Part shown: positions 27,266-39,436 of the stretch, piece by piece
Layout: each line of letters starts with the position of its first letter
How positions within the stretch are numbered: position 1 is the stretch's first letter
From: Phoronis australis
Taxonomy: Eukaryota > Animalia > Phoronida
Assembly: GCA_002633005.1 (NCBI GenBank)
Contig: NMRA01000217.1
Coordinates: 1-64,000, forward strand
Direction: 5' to 3'
DNA length: 64,000 nt
Translations under genes and position numbers: made by a program
Notes under the pieces: model-generated
What the model was told of the DNA's origin: nothing
The model's input: the letters and a program-made list of their open reading frames with translations, nothing else
The model's database searches: none

Positions 27266-28570
27266 TACTCCCAGTTTTATATCTTCAAAAAAAAGTTAAC
27301 ACTAGTGACATGCGTGTCGTTTTGTGACCGATCTATTTTTCCTGTACATGGAAGGTATTGGGAAGCCAATGTAAACAGCATAAGTACCACATTTTTGTGA
27401 AATTTGCACTGAATTGTTCCCGCACATCCGAATACATCATTCGACTGGACAACGTTACACCGATTTTTTTTTCAACAGGATGGTTTTCAGACGGCAAGTT
27501 AAGTTGCAAAGTTTAGGCTGCGAACAAAATATGGAGGGAGTTTGCACTCAGAGTTAGTTTAGATCTTTAACGACTTTGATGACAGTCATATAGCAGGTCA
27601 GACAGTGTAGCAAAATCACGGATACTTTTTCAATGAGTATTTTCTCCCTTTTCACATTGTAAACTTAGCTACTCAAATGCACGTGTCGGTTAGAGAGCAC
27701 TGATTCAACTTTCACGACGGCAACTAGTCTTGGGCTCTAGAGTCTTTCAATGGCGGTCGTAAAAAACAGTAACGCTGTATCTAAGAACTCAATTTTGCAA
27801 CCTGAAATTTGTGAGTATTTAATGCTGCAGGTAAGAGCATAATCTAAACACTTTCTTGATGATCTAAAAATCAATTTTGGTGCTAAAATGGCGGGAAAAT
27901 TTTGCGACCTGGCATTTATGAATGCGAGCTGGATTTTGAAAACGCGACTGGGGATTTTGGCTAGGTTGAAAAATGCGACCTGCCGATTTTCATAACGTTG
28001 AGCCCTGATCAGACTTTTTTGATCAGTTCTTCGTTCAGTTGCCCAGTTCAGCAACTAGACATTTTTACACTGCTCACACTAGGAGATGTGACGTCATACT
28101 CCGTGGCACACTAGCGTTTTGTCAGGGTTCGCTAGTGCTTTAAACTTGACCGCCAGGGTTGCACCTCTTGTACATGGTCTAAATGTTATCATTGGCGAAC
28201 AAAGAAACATATTGGAAAGATGCCCTCCTGAGGTTTCCCTCTATGCTTAAAAGTTGCTTGTAGGAACTATTTTGCTGAAAAGCTTCCAATGTATGATGAC
28301 CTTGTGGGATGATCAACGTCTCTGCCTGCCACACTATTCTATATGCCTAGGGGTTGATTATTAACTGGATGCATGGCTTGTGAGCTCACAAGGAGTTAAG
28401 GTGGTGTGTTTCATCTATTTCCATCTGCGGAGTTGACTAATTAGTTTCAAGAACAAAGTGTTGCAAAACTAATGTGTGTGTTTAAAAACTATTAAATTTA
28501 CCTATCCTCTTTTAAATTTAGGAGGCTGGTCCTGAACTAGGTCGAGTTGTACGTAAGCCATCGAAGAGCC

Positions 28571-31500
28571 ATGGCGCAGATTCCTGGGGGTCCGAGTGCC
28601 CCACCCCCCGGCAAGAGAAAGGAGATCTACAAGTACGATGCGCCTTGGACGGTCTACAGTATGAACTGGAGCATTCGACCCGACAAAAGGTTCAGGCTGG
28701 CACTGGGCAGTTTCGTAGAAGAATATAACAACAAGGTAAACGTGTGGTGGAAGTTAACTACATAAGTTTTTAGTGTAGTTAATAGGTTATTGACATTAGT
28801 AAAAAACATTAAGTAAAATTTTAATCATTTGTGGCTATGTTGTTGGCTTCTGAAAACTTGGAAAAATTTGGCAACAATTGTGTGCCTAGGTTGAAGATTT
28901 CTTTGCCGTTGCCTCGTCAAAGTTATGATGAAATCCTAAAAGTGATCGGACAGAAAATCACAAAACATTTAAAAAATAGCAAAAATGGTTTGGTTTGAAA
29001 ATGTCTCTGCTTTTGACGACGGAAGATTTGTAATCTTCGTTTTTTAAAACTGTTGGTAGGGATGGGATAAGAATTGGGCTTGGGAGGTATTTCAGTTTAA
29101 GAAAGATTGACAGAATTGTTGTGGCAAGGTATTTTGCATCGTTTAAACTTGAATTGGTGCATCTTTGGATATCAAAATACTCAAAAGGTACACATAAATT
29201 GCCCTTTGATTAATCGTATCTTCTTAAAAAGAGAAATGAAAATGTACTAGTAGTAGATGTCACTGTGGTCTAAATGAAATAACAGTTAGATAACATTATT
29301 AACATATGTTGCAAGCATTTAAGTCTTATCGGCACGCCATCTGTTGGTCACATCATGTGACCTAATGAATATAAGTCTGAGATTGACTTATATTCAAATA
29401 CTAACATCGGTTGGGAGCTGTTGTTTGCTATCCAATAAGATTTGTGTAGTAATGCTTTGTGCGATGCTGTTGCATTTTTAACTCATTGTTCGTTATTGAT
29501 CAGACCCATTGTGAACAAATTGTTTGCTCTCTTCTGTTCATTATACCTGGTGTTCGTTTATTTTATTGACTGATGATGGGGAATCCCACCAACCCAGGTC
29601 ACATTGTGATGAAGAATGAAATTTTATTTTCACATTTTTTTAAAACATATGTAGCACTGATTAGATATTTAACCTCACTCAAATTCTGGACTCCGCACAA
29701 AAAATATGGTGTGGATAGCAACACTAACGTGGCATTATCACTCGTCACGTTGATATTGTTGAGCACTGTTATTGAGGTAGTGTAATAACACAATCAAACT
29801 TATTCAGTGGATAATTTCTTAGTTTTATGGCTACCATCGGAAAATAATTTAACAAAATCAATGCATTTACAATGTTTACTGTGGAGACCTTGAAAATGAA
29901 AAAGGCAATTTTTAATTTTTTTGTCCTAATTTGGTTTTGTTTTACCATGAACAAAGGCTCACTTATGTTAAGTACTGTTGTTATGCCATTTATTATGTTA
30001 CAAGTAGGACTCTCATAAGGTTCCCTTGAATTGGTGCTTACCCTCGATCCCTCGATTTTGGTGCCAAATATCTGCCCCATTCACCTGTGAAAATGTTTAA
30101 GAAATCATGCAAAATTCCTCTCGTGAGGTCCAAAAGTTTCTGTCCAATAATTAAAAAAATTCACTCGCGCACGGTTATAGAATCAATGCTTGATTCTTGA
30201 GGCCTTGTCAATTGAAGTAACCCTTTCAGAAAACACAGGCCTATTTTCCCTCGGATCCGCGAGGGCCATTTTGTTGAACACCTGGGTCTGTGTGGTTTAA
30301 AAATTAAAAGTGTGCTGGTCCTCGTAGTCTTTAAATGGTTGTTTTCCTTTGAACCTACGCCAGCGTCACACAGTGAACTATTGACACGCTGCGTCTGTGT
30401 TCTGATCTTGGGTCACTCCTGGAGTGTGTCCAGTGATGTCAGTCGAGAGGGAAAGCTAATCGGATCACCTTGCTTCTAATCCATAGTCATGTTGGATTAA
30501 GCTTATGTATTACCTTATCGACACATCTGTTCATTGAACCATATATCTACAAAACTCTACGTTTTAACTTGTCAGCCTAATGATTAATCTGCCACCATTA
30601 ATACATGGCGATACTCTATGCAGACTTGTGCACTATCACCAAACAGCAGCCTTTAAATGTGCCCGTGGACTCTTTGCTTGCATACTTATGATGTAATCTC
30701 TCTTTTCTCAGGTGCAAATTGTGTCGTTGGACGAGGAGACATCGGACTTCACCTGTCGTAGTACATTTGACCATCCTTACCCCACCACTAAAATCATGTG
30801 GATTCCTGATGGGGTGTGTATATCTTTGGTACTAAAAATGTTCAGGCATGGCCTGAGTAGAGGTCTTTGATTGTTTCTATAGCTATAGTCGGATGGTTTC
30901 TTTGATCAATCACTAGATGGAGTTACTAATTGGCACTTAGGAGATTTTAGTGTTATGTTTGATTTGATGTTGTTACAAGAATAATCTGTACATGGTGATG
31001 GAAATTCGCTGTTATTCTAAACTTAGTCAGATTTATTCAGGTATGTTCTCCTTTTAACTGCAGTTGGAAAAAGTAGGACAATTTCAATACTTGTTAATTG
31101 TGGTGTCATGACTAGTTGGAATTTTGAGTTGTTTAGGGACATGGTATGTTACTGGAATTAATCATGTGCAGTGCTCGATTTGCGACCAATGCGACCTTAG
31201 ATTGTGTTAGGCCATCTGGGATAAATTACAAGTCGCCAGATTTACTACCTTTGATTCGCAATTGTTCCGTTTATTTCGCGAATTCAGCGCATTTGTCACC
31301 ACATTTAAGTTACAACAGGAAGTAAAGAGACAGAAGTCGAAATTGTTCGTAAAAAATGGGACAAGATTGGCGAAATTAGCGCCACCTGTCCATGCAGTCG
31401 TCTGCGTTTCATGCTTGTTCGTGGGTTGTCGGCAGGAGGAATAGTGGAGTTGGTGGAGTTAGAAAATGAACGTCCGGATATTTACGGGGCGAAGTAAAGA

Positions 31501-34500
31501 AAGGTGAAAGGACAATGGGCCGTCTGACCATGGATTTTTTTATTTTTATTATTTTGGTCGACGAAAGTTTGTGGCTGAATTGGGAATGCAGAATACGTAG
31601 TGCCAGAGATTTTTAGTTTTGGCGACCTCATATTTCATTTGGTGACCTGGGATTTTTGCCAGGTCACCAAATGCGACTTGATGTTTAGCTTAGCATCGAG
31701 CGCTGCTGTGTAAAAAATTGTAGCCTGAAAAACATGGGAGCTTAGCTGCAGTTGAAACATTTCCCGACTTGTCCATTGCAGAAAGGCATATTCCCAGACC
31801 TTCTGGCCACTAGTGGCGATTATCTGCGAGTGTGGAGGGTAGGCGATACAGAGACAAGGCTGGAGTGTCTACTTAACAATGTGAGTTGAGTTGGAATAAG
31901 TAGCTACTGGAGGTTTTTTCATACAGTGCACGACTCTACAGTATTAAAATGTGGATGTTTATCATTGAGATTTTTTGAATTCCATCCCGCTGGTTTTTAT
32001 TCTGAAGTGATGCCAAAAGAAAATGACCAGAATAGTTTTTAACATACTACAGAAGTGCATCACGAGAGAAGGCACTCATCTGTTTTATTTGTCCTCAGAT
32101 TCAGGTAGTGCCTATCTTGCCAAGCATTTAGAGTTGTTGATAATTATGCACCCCCATCAAGATATGTGTGTGTATATTGCCGTCATCTCGTTCACCTCTC
32201 TGTCTTGCAGAGGATGACTCCTCTATTTGGTTCTGATCCAACTACTGCTGTGCCCCCTAGTGTCATTTTTCTCTTTTTGCATCTGCCTCTAAATGTACGA
32301 AGTCCCACCAGTAGATTTTTATGAAATTTGTCAGGTATGCTTCTGTTAGGGATAGATGACACCTGTCCATTTTCCAACGAGTCTTATGTTGGTTTTTACC
32401 CCGGTGGTAATTTTAATATTTTGATATCCGTTTTTGTCATCATCTTCTCTAAACGGTGAGCGCACATCAATTCTCCGCATTGCTCTTTTAATTTATGTTG
32501 TCCTAAGGGCTGTAGTGAAATTGGCATGGATTAATGATATATTAGAGCTGTACTCGGGCAGTGAAGGTAACTCAGTCAAAGTTGGAACAAACCGACTGCT
32601 GGAAATAACAGCACGTAATTCCAAGAATGGAATCACATGTGCTGTTCGATTGTGCCCCAAATGATCGTTCATTCAATATCATCATTAAAGGTGCATTTGA
32701 AATCAATCAGTTTTACAAGCACATTACAAGTCTTTATTTCTTAATTAATGTTTTGTTCGAGCATTTATAGGGGACTTCAGCCATTTTTTTGATGTTACAT
32801 TTAGTAAAAATGTAGATGCCTGATGATCTTGGAAATACATTTATCCATGTAACTGCTCTTCCCATGGCTAGTATGTATAATTCCTAGAATAATAGAAGGT
32901 AGCATATTGAACACAGTCTGAGCAGTTCATTCGTGCTTTCTCAATGGAAGGGAACGCAGAACCAAGATGAGGTCTCTTTTCGTTGATGTGTACGTCATCT
33001 ACTGTTGTATTCGCTATGGGTACAGTAATTGACACGGAAAAATGGATTTTCAAGATAATTACATGTTACGTAATTTTCTAAACTGAATTTTCCCTCACTG
33101 CACCTTCAGGGGTATCAATTGTATCAATACAGTGACTATATTAATTATACTTTAGTAGTGTGAACATGAAAATCATAATTATAGTGGTTTAATAACGTAA
33201 TTTGCCCATTTTTCTGGATCAGAACAAAAACTCGGACTTCTGTGCACCGCTGACCTCATTTGACTGGAATGAGGTGGACCCCAACTTATTGGGTACATCC
33301 AGTATAGACACGACCTGCACAATATGGGGCCTGGAGACGGGGCAAGTGATTGGCCGCGTCAATCTCGTCCAGGGTCACGTGAAGACGCAGTTGATTGCAC
33401 ACGACAAGGAGGTATACGACATTGCCTTTAGCCGGGCAGGCGGTGGCCGGGACATGTTCGCAAGCGTGGGTACGTTAGCAAAGATTGTCGCCAAAAAGAT
33501 AATTGAGTTTATTGAGTGGTTAGCGTGTATTTTGTGCTTGATTTCTGTTCTGTTGTTGTTTCTCGCTAAGTAAGATTCATCACTGGTTTTTGCAAGTGTT
33601 TTAAGCATCCACATTACATGTGTTCACATGTGTCCAGAGATGGCTCTTTGGTCTCTGTGACTGCATCTCCTATAATACTCCTTTTATTGTTTGTCATAAA
33701 ATTTTGTTGATATGTTCCTGCATGACTGACCAACAATTAGTTGCTCCATGTCTGCCTTTTTTATTGACCTAGTTCCATGATGGATCTTCTTGAAATGTGG
33801 CAGACGTAGTCCTATTAAGGAGAGGACAGCATTTGCCAATTTTCGCAGTGATCCAACTCCAGTTTGGTACCTCTCTGAATCAATGCTCGTGTATTCGCTT
33901 GCAGGTGCGGATGGCTCAGTTCGCATGTTTGACTTGCGCCACCTGGAACACTCAACCATTATCTATGAGGACACCCAGCGTCACCCCTTGCTGAGGCTGG
34001 CGTGGAACAAACAGGATCCAAACTACCTAGCTACTATGGCCATGGACGCCTTTGAGGTTAGTGAGCGTACGCGAGAGTGATTTATTTAAAGGAGGAGACA
34101 ATCCTGCAGTGTTTATGACTTTGCATTGTGTGTCAGGTCAATTATATTTAATAGTTTTGCATAACTTTTAAAACTATTCTCATCCCTATATTGCGACTCA
34201 CTGGCGTTGAAATGAGAAAATTTGTATTTAGGCCTATTCATAATATACAACATAAGCAAGCAATACTGGGGAAATTTCTAAAATTTTATAAATGAAACTT
34301 GACTTGTTAGTTACATAATTGTATAGCAGTTTTCAAGTTATACTTTGACAGAATTCTGTCAAACTTGGGTTAACTTCTTGACAGACTTATTTGGCAGTTT
34401 AGTCAAACATATGACATGAAATGTTTTCTTGTTGAATAGAAATAGATTTTTATTCCCTTAGGTGAATGTGTCTGTACAGGGCACCAGCTCACCTGAGTGG

Positions 34501-36140
34501 AAAGGTGTCTACCTTTTTAGAAGGGAATTTTGACTCCCTCCCAGTCACCACCAATTTCACGCCCAGGTCACCACCCCCTCATCCACAATTCCACGCCCAG
34601 GTCACCACCCCTCATCCACAGTTCTTCAAGTAGCCCAACTAATGTTTTGAATCAATAAGGGAATTTAACTTTGAGGGTAAATCTGTAATCATTGGAGGGA
34701 AATTTGAGCCTGCTGAGGGGAATTTTGTGTGATTTTTAAATACTTACTGGGGAATGTGACTGATATTCAGCCTAAAAATTGAGGCATCGAGGACCCTGCT
34801 ATTTGGGAATTGCCTTTCTCATTTGGCTGTCTGAGTAAAAATATTCAGTCTTTGAAAAAAACCTCATAACCGTATAGACTATTGAATTGGCCCTCTGCAG
34901 TAGAGTTATCTCCTTTTTTGCTAGTGCTGAATACCATTCGGATACCTGATGTTATCAGCACCGCAGTGGAGACAAGTCGGGTAATCACTGAATGACAGCT
35001 TAAGAATGGCAGCTTCTTTTGATCGGCGCGTAGCTAGGTTTATATAGACTCGTGGGTCTAAATACGCACATGTACAATAAAAAGTGGACCACTGGTACGA
35101 GACTGATGTACATTTATTGTTGAGACTGTATCGTGTCTTTCTAGTAACTTGGTTTTGTCGTGAGATTATTGTCAATACTTAACATGCATTTCCCCTTCTG
35201 AAATGTCTGTCAATGTGTCGTCATACTGTTGTTAGCTTTCTGTTGTCCTTCATAGGTTATGATCCTAGACGTGCGCGTACCCTGCACCCCCGTGGCACGC
35301 CTCAACAATCACCGCGCCTGTGTCAACGGTATAGCTTGGGCCCCTCACTCCAGTTGTCACATCTGCACAGCAGGTAAGTACCCATCTAGGCTGTAGTAGA
35401 CAAGCTGTCTCTCCACAGTACTTGTCAAATTAAAGTCTAATGTTTTTGGGTTTGAATTCGAGTTTGAGCTTATGTATGTTAAAGGTGTGTGAAAAATACT
35501 ATTGAATATTGTGTTGTATTGTGTGTTTTGTATTATTTTAATTGCTTCAATTTTGCAGTTGCGACTGAAAGTCACTTTATGTGGTGTTGATAACGTGCAC
35601 CTTTGAAAGTGGCATTAGCCTTTTGACTGTATATTGTAATTAGGAACAAGTTTGCATATTAAGCATTGTGTAATTATGTGCAGTGTAGTAAGCTCATGCT
35701 AGCAAGTGATTTTGAATATCAATTTTGTCTAATTGTTTTAATCGCAATATTAAGCACTTTTACAGTATGCCTCTGAATGTGTGATTGACAAATAACACAC
35801 ATTTTCAGAAACGATGAGGACTTGTGTACACTATACATGCATAATACACAGAACTTGGGCTTGTCGCTAGAAACATGCCCAACAACTTCTCAGTGACATT
35901 CAGGTGAATGTGACAGAAAGATAGCTCGATCAAATGTGAAGACTGTGAATCACCATCTGTCCTTCAGGTGACGACCACCAGGCACTGATATGGGACATCC
36001 AGCAGATGCCCAGGGCCATCGAGGACCCCATACTGGCCTACACAGCAGCGGGGGAGATAAATCAAATTCAGTGGTCATCCACCCAACCTGACTGGATATC
36101 GATATGCTACAATTCGTCCATGGAGATTCTCCGCGTGTAG
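28571..36140 (+). CDS. DCAF7: DDB1- and CUL4-associated factor 7 (WDR68/HAN11), WD40 protein, 351 aa; join(28571-28735, 30712-30813, 31782-31880, 33223-33469, 33905-34056, 35256-35373, 35968-36140)
   Basis: Spliced translation contains [152 protein letters not shown] and EILRV-stop. All introns are GT-AG with consistent phases; total 1056 nt. Confidence 0.97.
31169..31705. mobile_element. MITE in DCAF7 intron 2 (CAGTGCTCGA TIR, gcgacc subrepeats); related fragments near 5255-5340 and 27900-28006
   Basis: CAGTGCTCGAT / ATCGAGCGCTG ends; repeated tgcgacc/ggtcgca motifs shared with the other fragments. Confidence 0.55.
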
Positions 36141-38534
36141 AGTTATGACGGGGTATTTATTTTATCCTTCCCTTAATTCTGAATCAAGATGTATTCATGG
36201 AAGGTGGAGATTGTTGGACTTTAAGTAAGGCTGTTCCAGCAAAAAAACGTATGGAAGGGGGGAAGAAAGCACTTTCCTTTTTTACCCATCGCCCATATTT
36301 TTCTTTTATTTCTCCAACCCACCACCCATAATTTTTAATTAGGTTGATATATAAAATGTAACCACCCATGATGTTTTTAAATTATGCTTGAATTGTATTT
36401 TATGAGTCCACAACGGTCCAGCAGACGCAACATCAGCTCCATTTCACGCAAGGAATAAAAATTCACTCATGCTTTCCAGTAAATATCGATTAATGAAGAA
36501 GAATGTTGATATGCACCCTTCGTGTGCATTACAAATGCCAAATGCTAGGGGTGCTTGTGATTTCAAAATTCCTACAAGAAGGAGCAACACTTGTAAACAA
36601 ATTGTCTTGAGGATGAATGATCTGTTAAGCACTTAGATGATCGACGGACAAGAAGTAGCTGTCTTATCAAATGTTGTCAAAAACTAAATTGGCCAAGAGC
36701 GTGGTCGAATCAAAGCGAAAATCGACTTCTTTCAGCGCATCCATCCCTGCCATATATCTTTGTACTAAATTTTATCAAGTTGCGCCTAGCGGTTTTTGAG
36801 ATAATCAACCTGTCTTGTCAAAAACTAAAATGGCCAATATCCGTTTATGTTCGACTGAAATCCATTTCAATTCTGGCTAAATTTTGACAGAAGCTCGACA
36901 GGTATTGCTTCGTCCACTTCGTCAAAATCTGGATAACTAACCTTGTAAGTCCACTACATAAATGAACAGTTAGCCACGAAGCGTAATGAAGTCGCGTTAA
37001 ACTTCAACACAAGTTCAACAAAAACTCATATTTTATCATGGCAAAGGCTCATCTAAACTGCCAAATTATTCTGGCAATATTGTTCCAAGTGTGGTAGAGT
37101 CTGGCACTTTATTTCGAAAGCTACTGTACCTTTCTATAATGTAATCATAAACTGTTTGCCTTGTTATTCCAGATTAAGGTGCAGATGGTCAGTTCAGAGG
37201 TCATACAGTCAGTTCAGAGGTCAGACAGTCAGTTCAAAGTCTGGAAAGGCTGGTGAACTGTTCCTTGACTGAAATCAGCTATTTGACTGTCTCGAAAAGC
37301 ACAGTTGTCACCTCCAGTAGAAAAGATCATTGTGGAAATGAGGGCAGACTGTAGACACGCCAGATTTGCGAGTCCTTGTTCCGTTGTCAGACATTCTTGC
37401 TGAATGGCTTACTGTGCTGGTATTAGGACCTCAAATAATAACTTTAGAGATGTGAAACGTCACAAGACTGCGTAGATGAGCACAAAATTAAGAAATGGAT
37501 TTAATTTTGCTTGCAATGCTCAATATTTGGTGAATCATTGCAGTCACGGGAACTTCAGTTTACAGTTAGTGTCCGTTTTTTATTTTCTGTTGTTATCTCA
37601 CAAAATTTATTTGGCAAGATGGCTCCATTGTCTGGTGCCTGTCTATCCAGTTGAAAAGGATTAATAACTGTTAATTATGATCAGAATTTGGCTCGAGTTA
37701 TGTAACAAGCCGGATGTTTAAAATGTAGATGTATGTGCTGTTGTTGGCCTTTAGTTGGCAATCTTGGTGTTTGTGTCTTTTTTGAAAAAAGAATTTGAAA
37801 TCTCTGAAGTCTGATTTGCATTCTCTTTTTCGTTCAAGGTTTTGTTTTGTAAGTGTTGTCTTCCGGTCAGTTGTGAGGCAAATTCAAGCTGAAAGCTAAA
37901 CTCGTATTTTATATCCCAGTTACTTTGCAATGTTTAAGTTCGTGTCATTTCATGTGTATTTAGTCATTGAAGTGTGAAACTCTCTTACCTCTTGTAAAAT
38001 TGTTTTCACTTTGTGTCCTAATCAACTTGAAGGGGTTCTCTGAGCATAAAAAGTCCAATCAAGTTGGTGTAACAGTGGGATTCATTCTCTTGAAAAACAA
38101 ACTTGAAGAAAGCTTTACTGCATTACTTGTTTATATTGTGCAGCTATCAAATAACACATGAAGGAACTTCAAGTACTTTTAATGGATGCGGTGAAATTTT
38201 GACAATTTTGGCAGTTATTTTTGTTTGTATTTGTGTTAACTTTACTGTCCTGACAAAACTTTGCTGAAGACAGAAGTCAAACGGTTGGAATTGACAGCCT
38301 GGTCATTTTATTGTCTGAAGGTAATGTTCCTTTGCGTTTTCCATGACTGAACACTAGATGGAGATGCTGAGCTGAGTCAAGTTAACACATGGGAGACAAT
38401 TCAGTCTACTATATGAAGGTGGGTTTAATGATCTAGTGTATCTTAACCCAGCCCAGATGTTTGTGTAGATGCAAACTTGAAGACAGGATCAAAGTATTAA
38501 CCATGTGGGCACTAACTGAACTGCTTATCGTAAA

Positions 38535-38656
38535 CGGATCCAGGGTGGTCAAGGGGGTCCAGACCCCCCTTTTTCATTGATTTTAGTGATATCAAATCTA
38601 GAATTTTCAAATTGTTGACTTGACCCCCATTTTAAAAAATCCTGGATCTGCCCCTG
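38535..38656. mobile_element. Short MITE (cggatccagg ... cctggatctgcccctg)
   Basis: Inverted ends and a G/C-run interior. Confidence 0.55.
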
Positions 38657-39436
38657 CATTCTTTGGAGTGCCTAATGCTTTGTGCGCCTCATTGGTGACG
38701 AGATGTAGACAGCAGCGTGGACGCTCCACTGACTCCCGACAAGTTGCTTCAGGGTCGATTGCAGTAACGCTAGTGTCTTGCTAGAATTCTGCGAGATATG
38801 TTGTGGGTTTTCAATAAGAGCACATGATTGTGGCTAGATTTTTGTCGCTTTCTGACAGGTATTTAACTTGACCCTGGACAAGTTGTTTTACTCTGAGGTA
38901 ACTCCCAAGGGTGGAGATGACTGTACACTTAAATGATATTCTCTTATTGTTGATGCTAATTTTTTCCTAAATGTCATTATTTTGTTTTATCGAATCAAGT
39001 GTCTGTGTTCGTTAAGTGTAAGATGAAGAGGACACGGAGAGTTAGGCTGTACGTTGAACATATGACTCGTGTTAGTGAAGTTTAGGTAAACTGTGTAAAT
39101 ATGCGTATCCTGTATAAAATAAAAACGGAAATTTTACTTCACGCGTTTTTATAATTGTCACTTTTTGGTATCTTTTATCTCTTCTGTGGATTTATACATT
39201 TTGCAGTTTAACATACTGTGATCTACTTAGCTATTTTTAAAAATATTTTTATGGTGCTCACAAGGTGGCAGTTGACTTCGACCTGAATCAGCGGTTTGGC
39301 CCTATATACAGGCATTCGTATATTCATTAATAATTCCTATAAAGAACAAGGTTTTCAAAGAAAATATAAATTATTTCATAACGTATCTACGTCTTACTCC
39401 CTTTCTTTGTGTTACGACTCCGTGTAGGCCAAGGTT

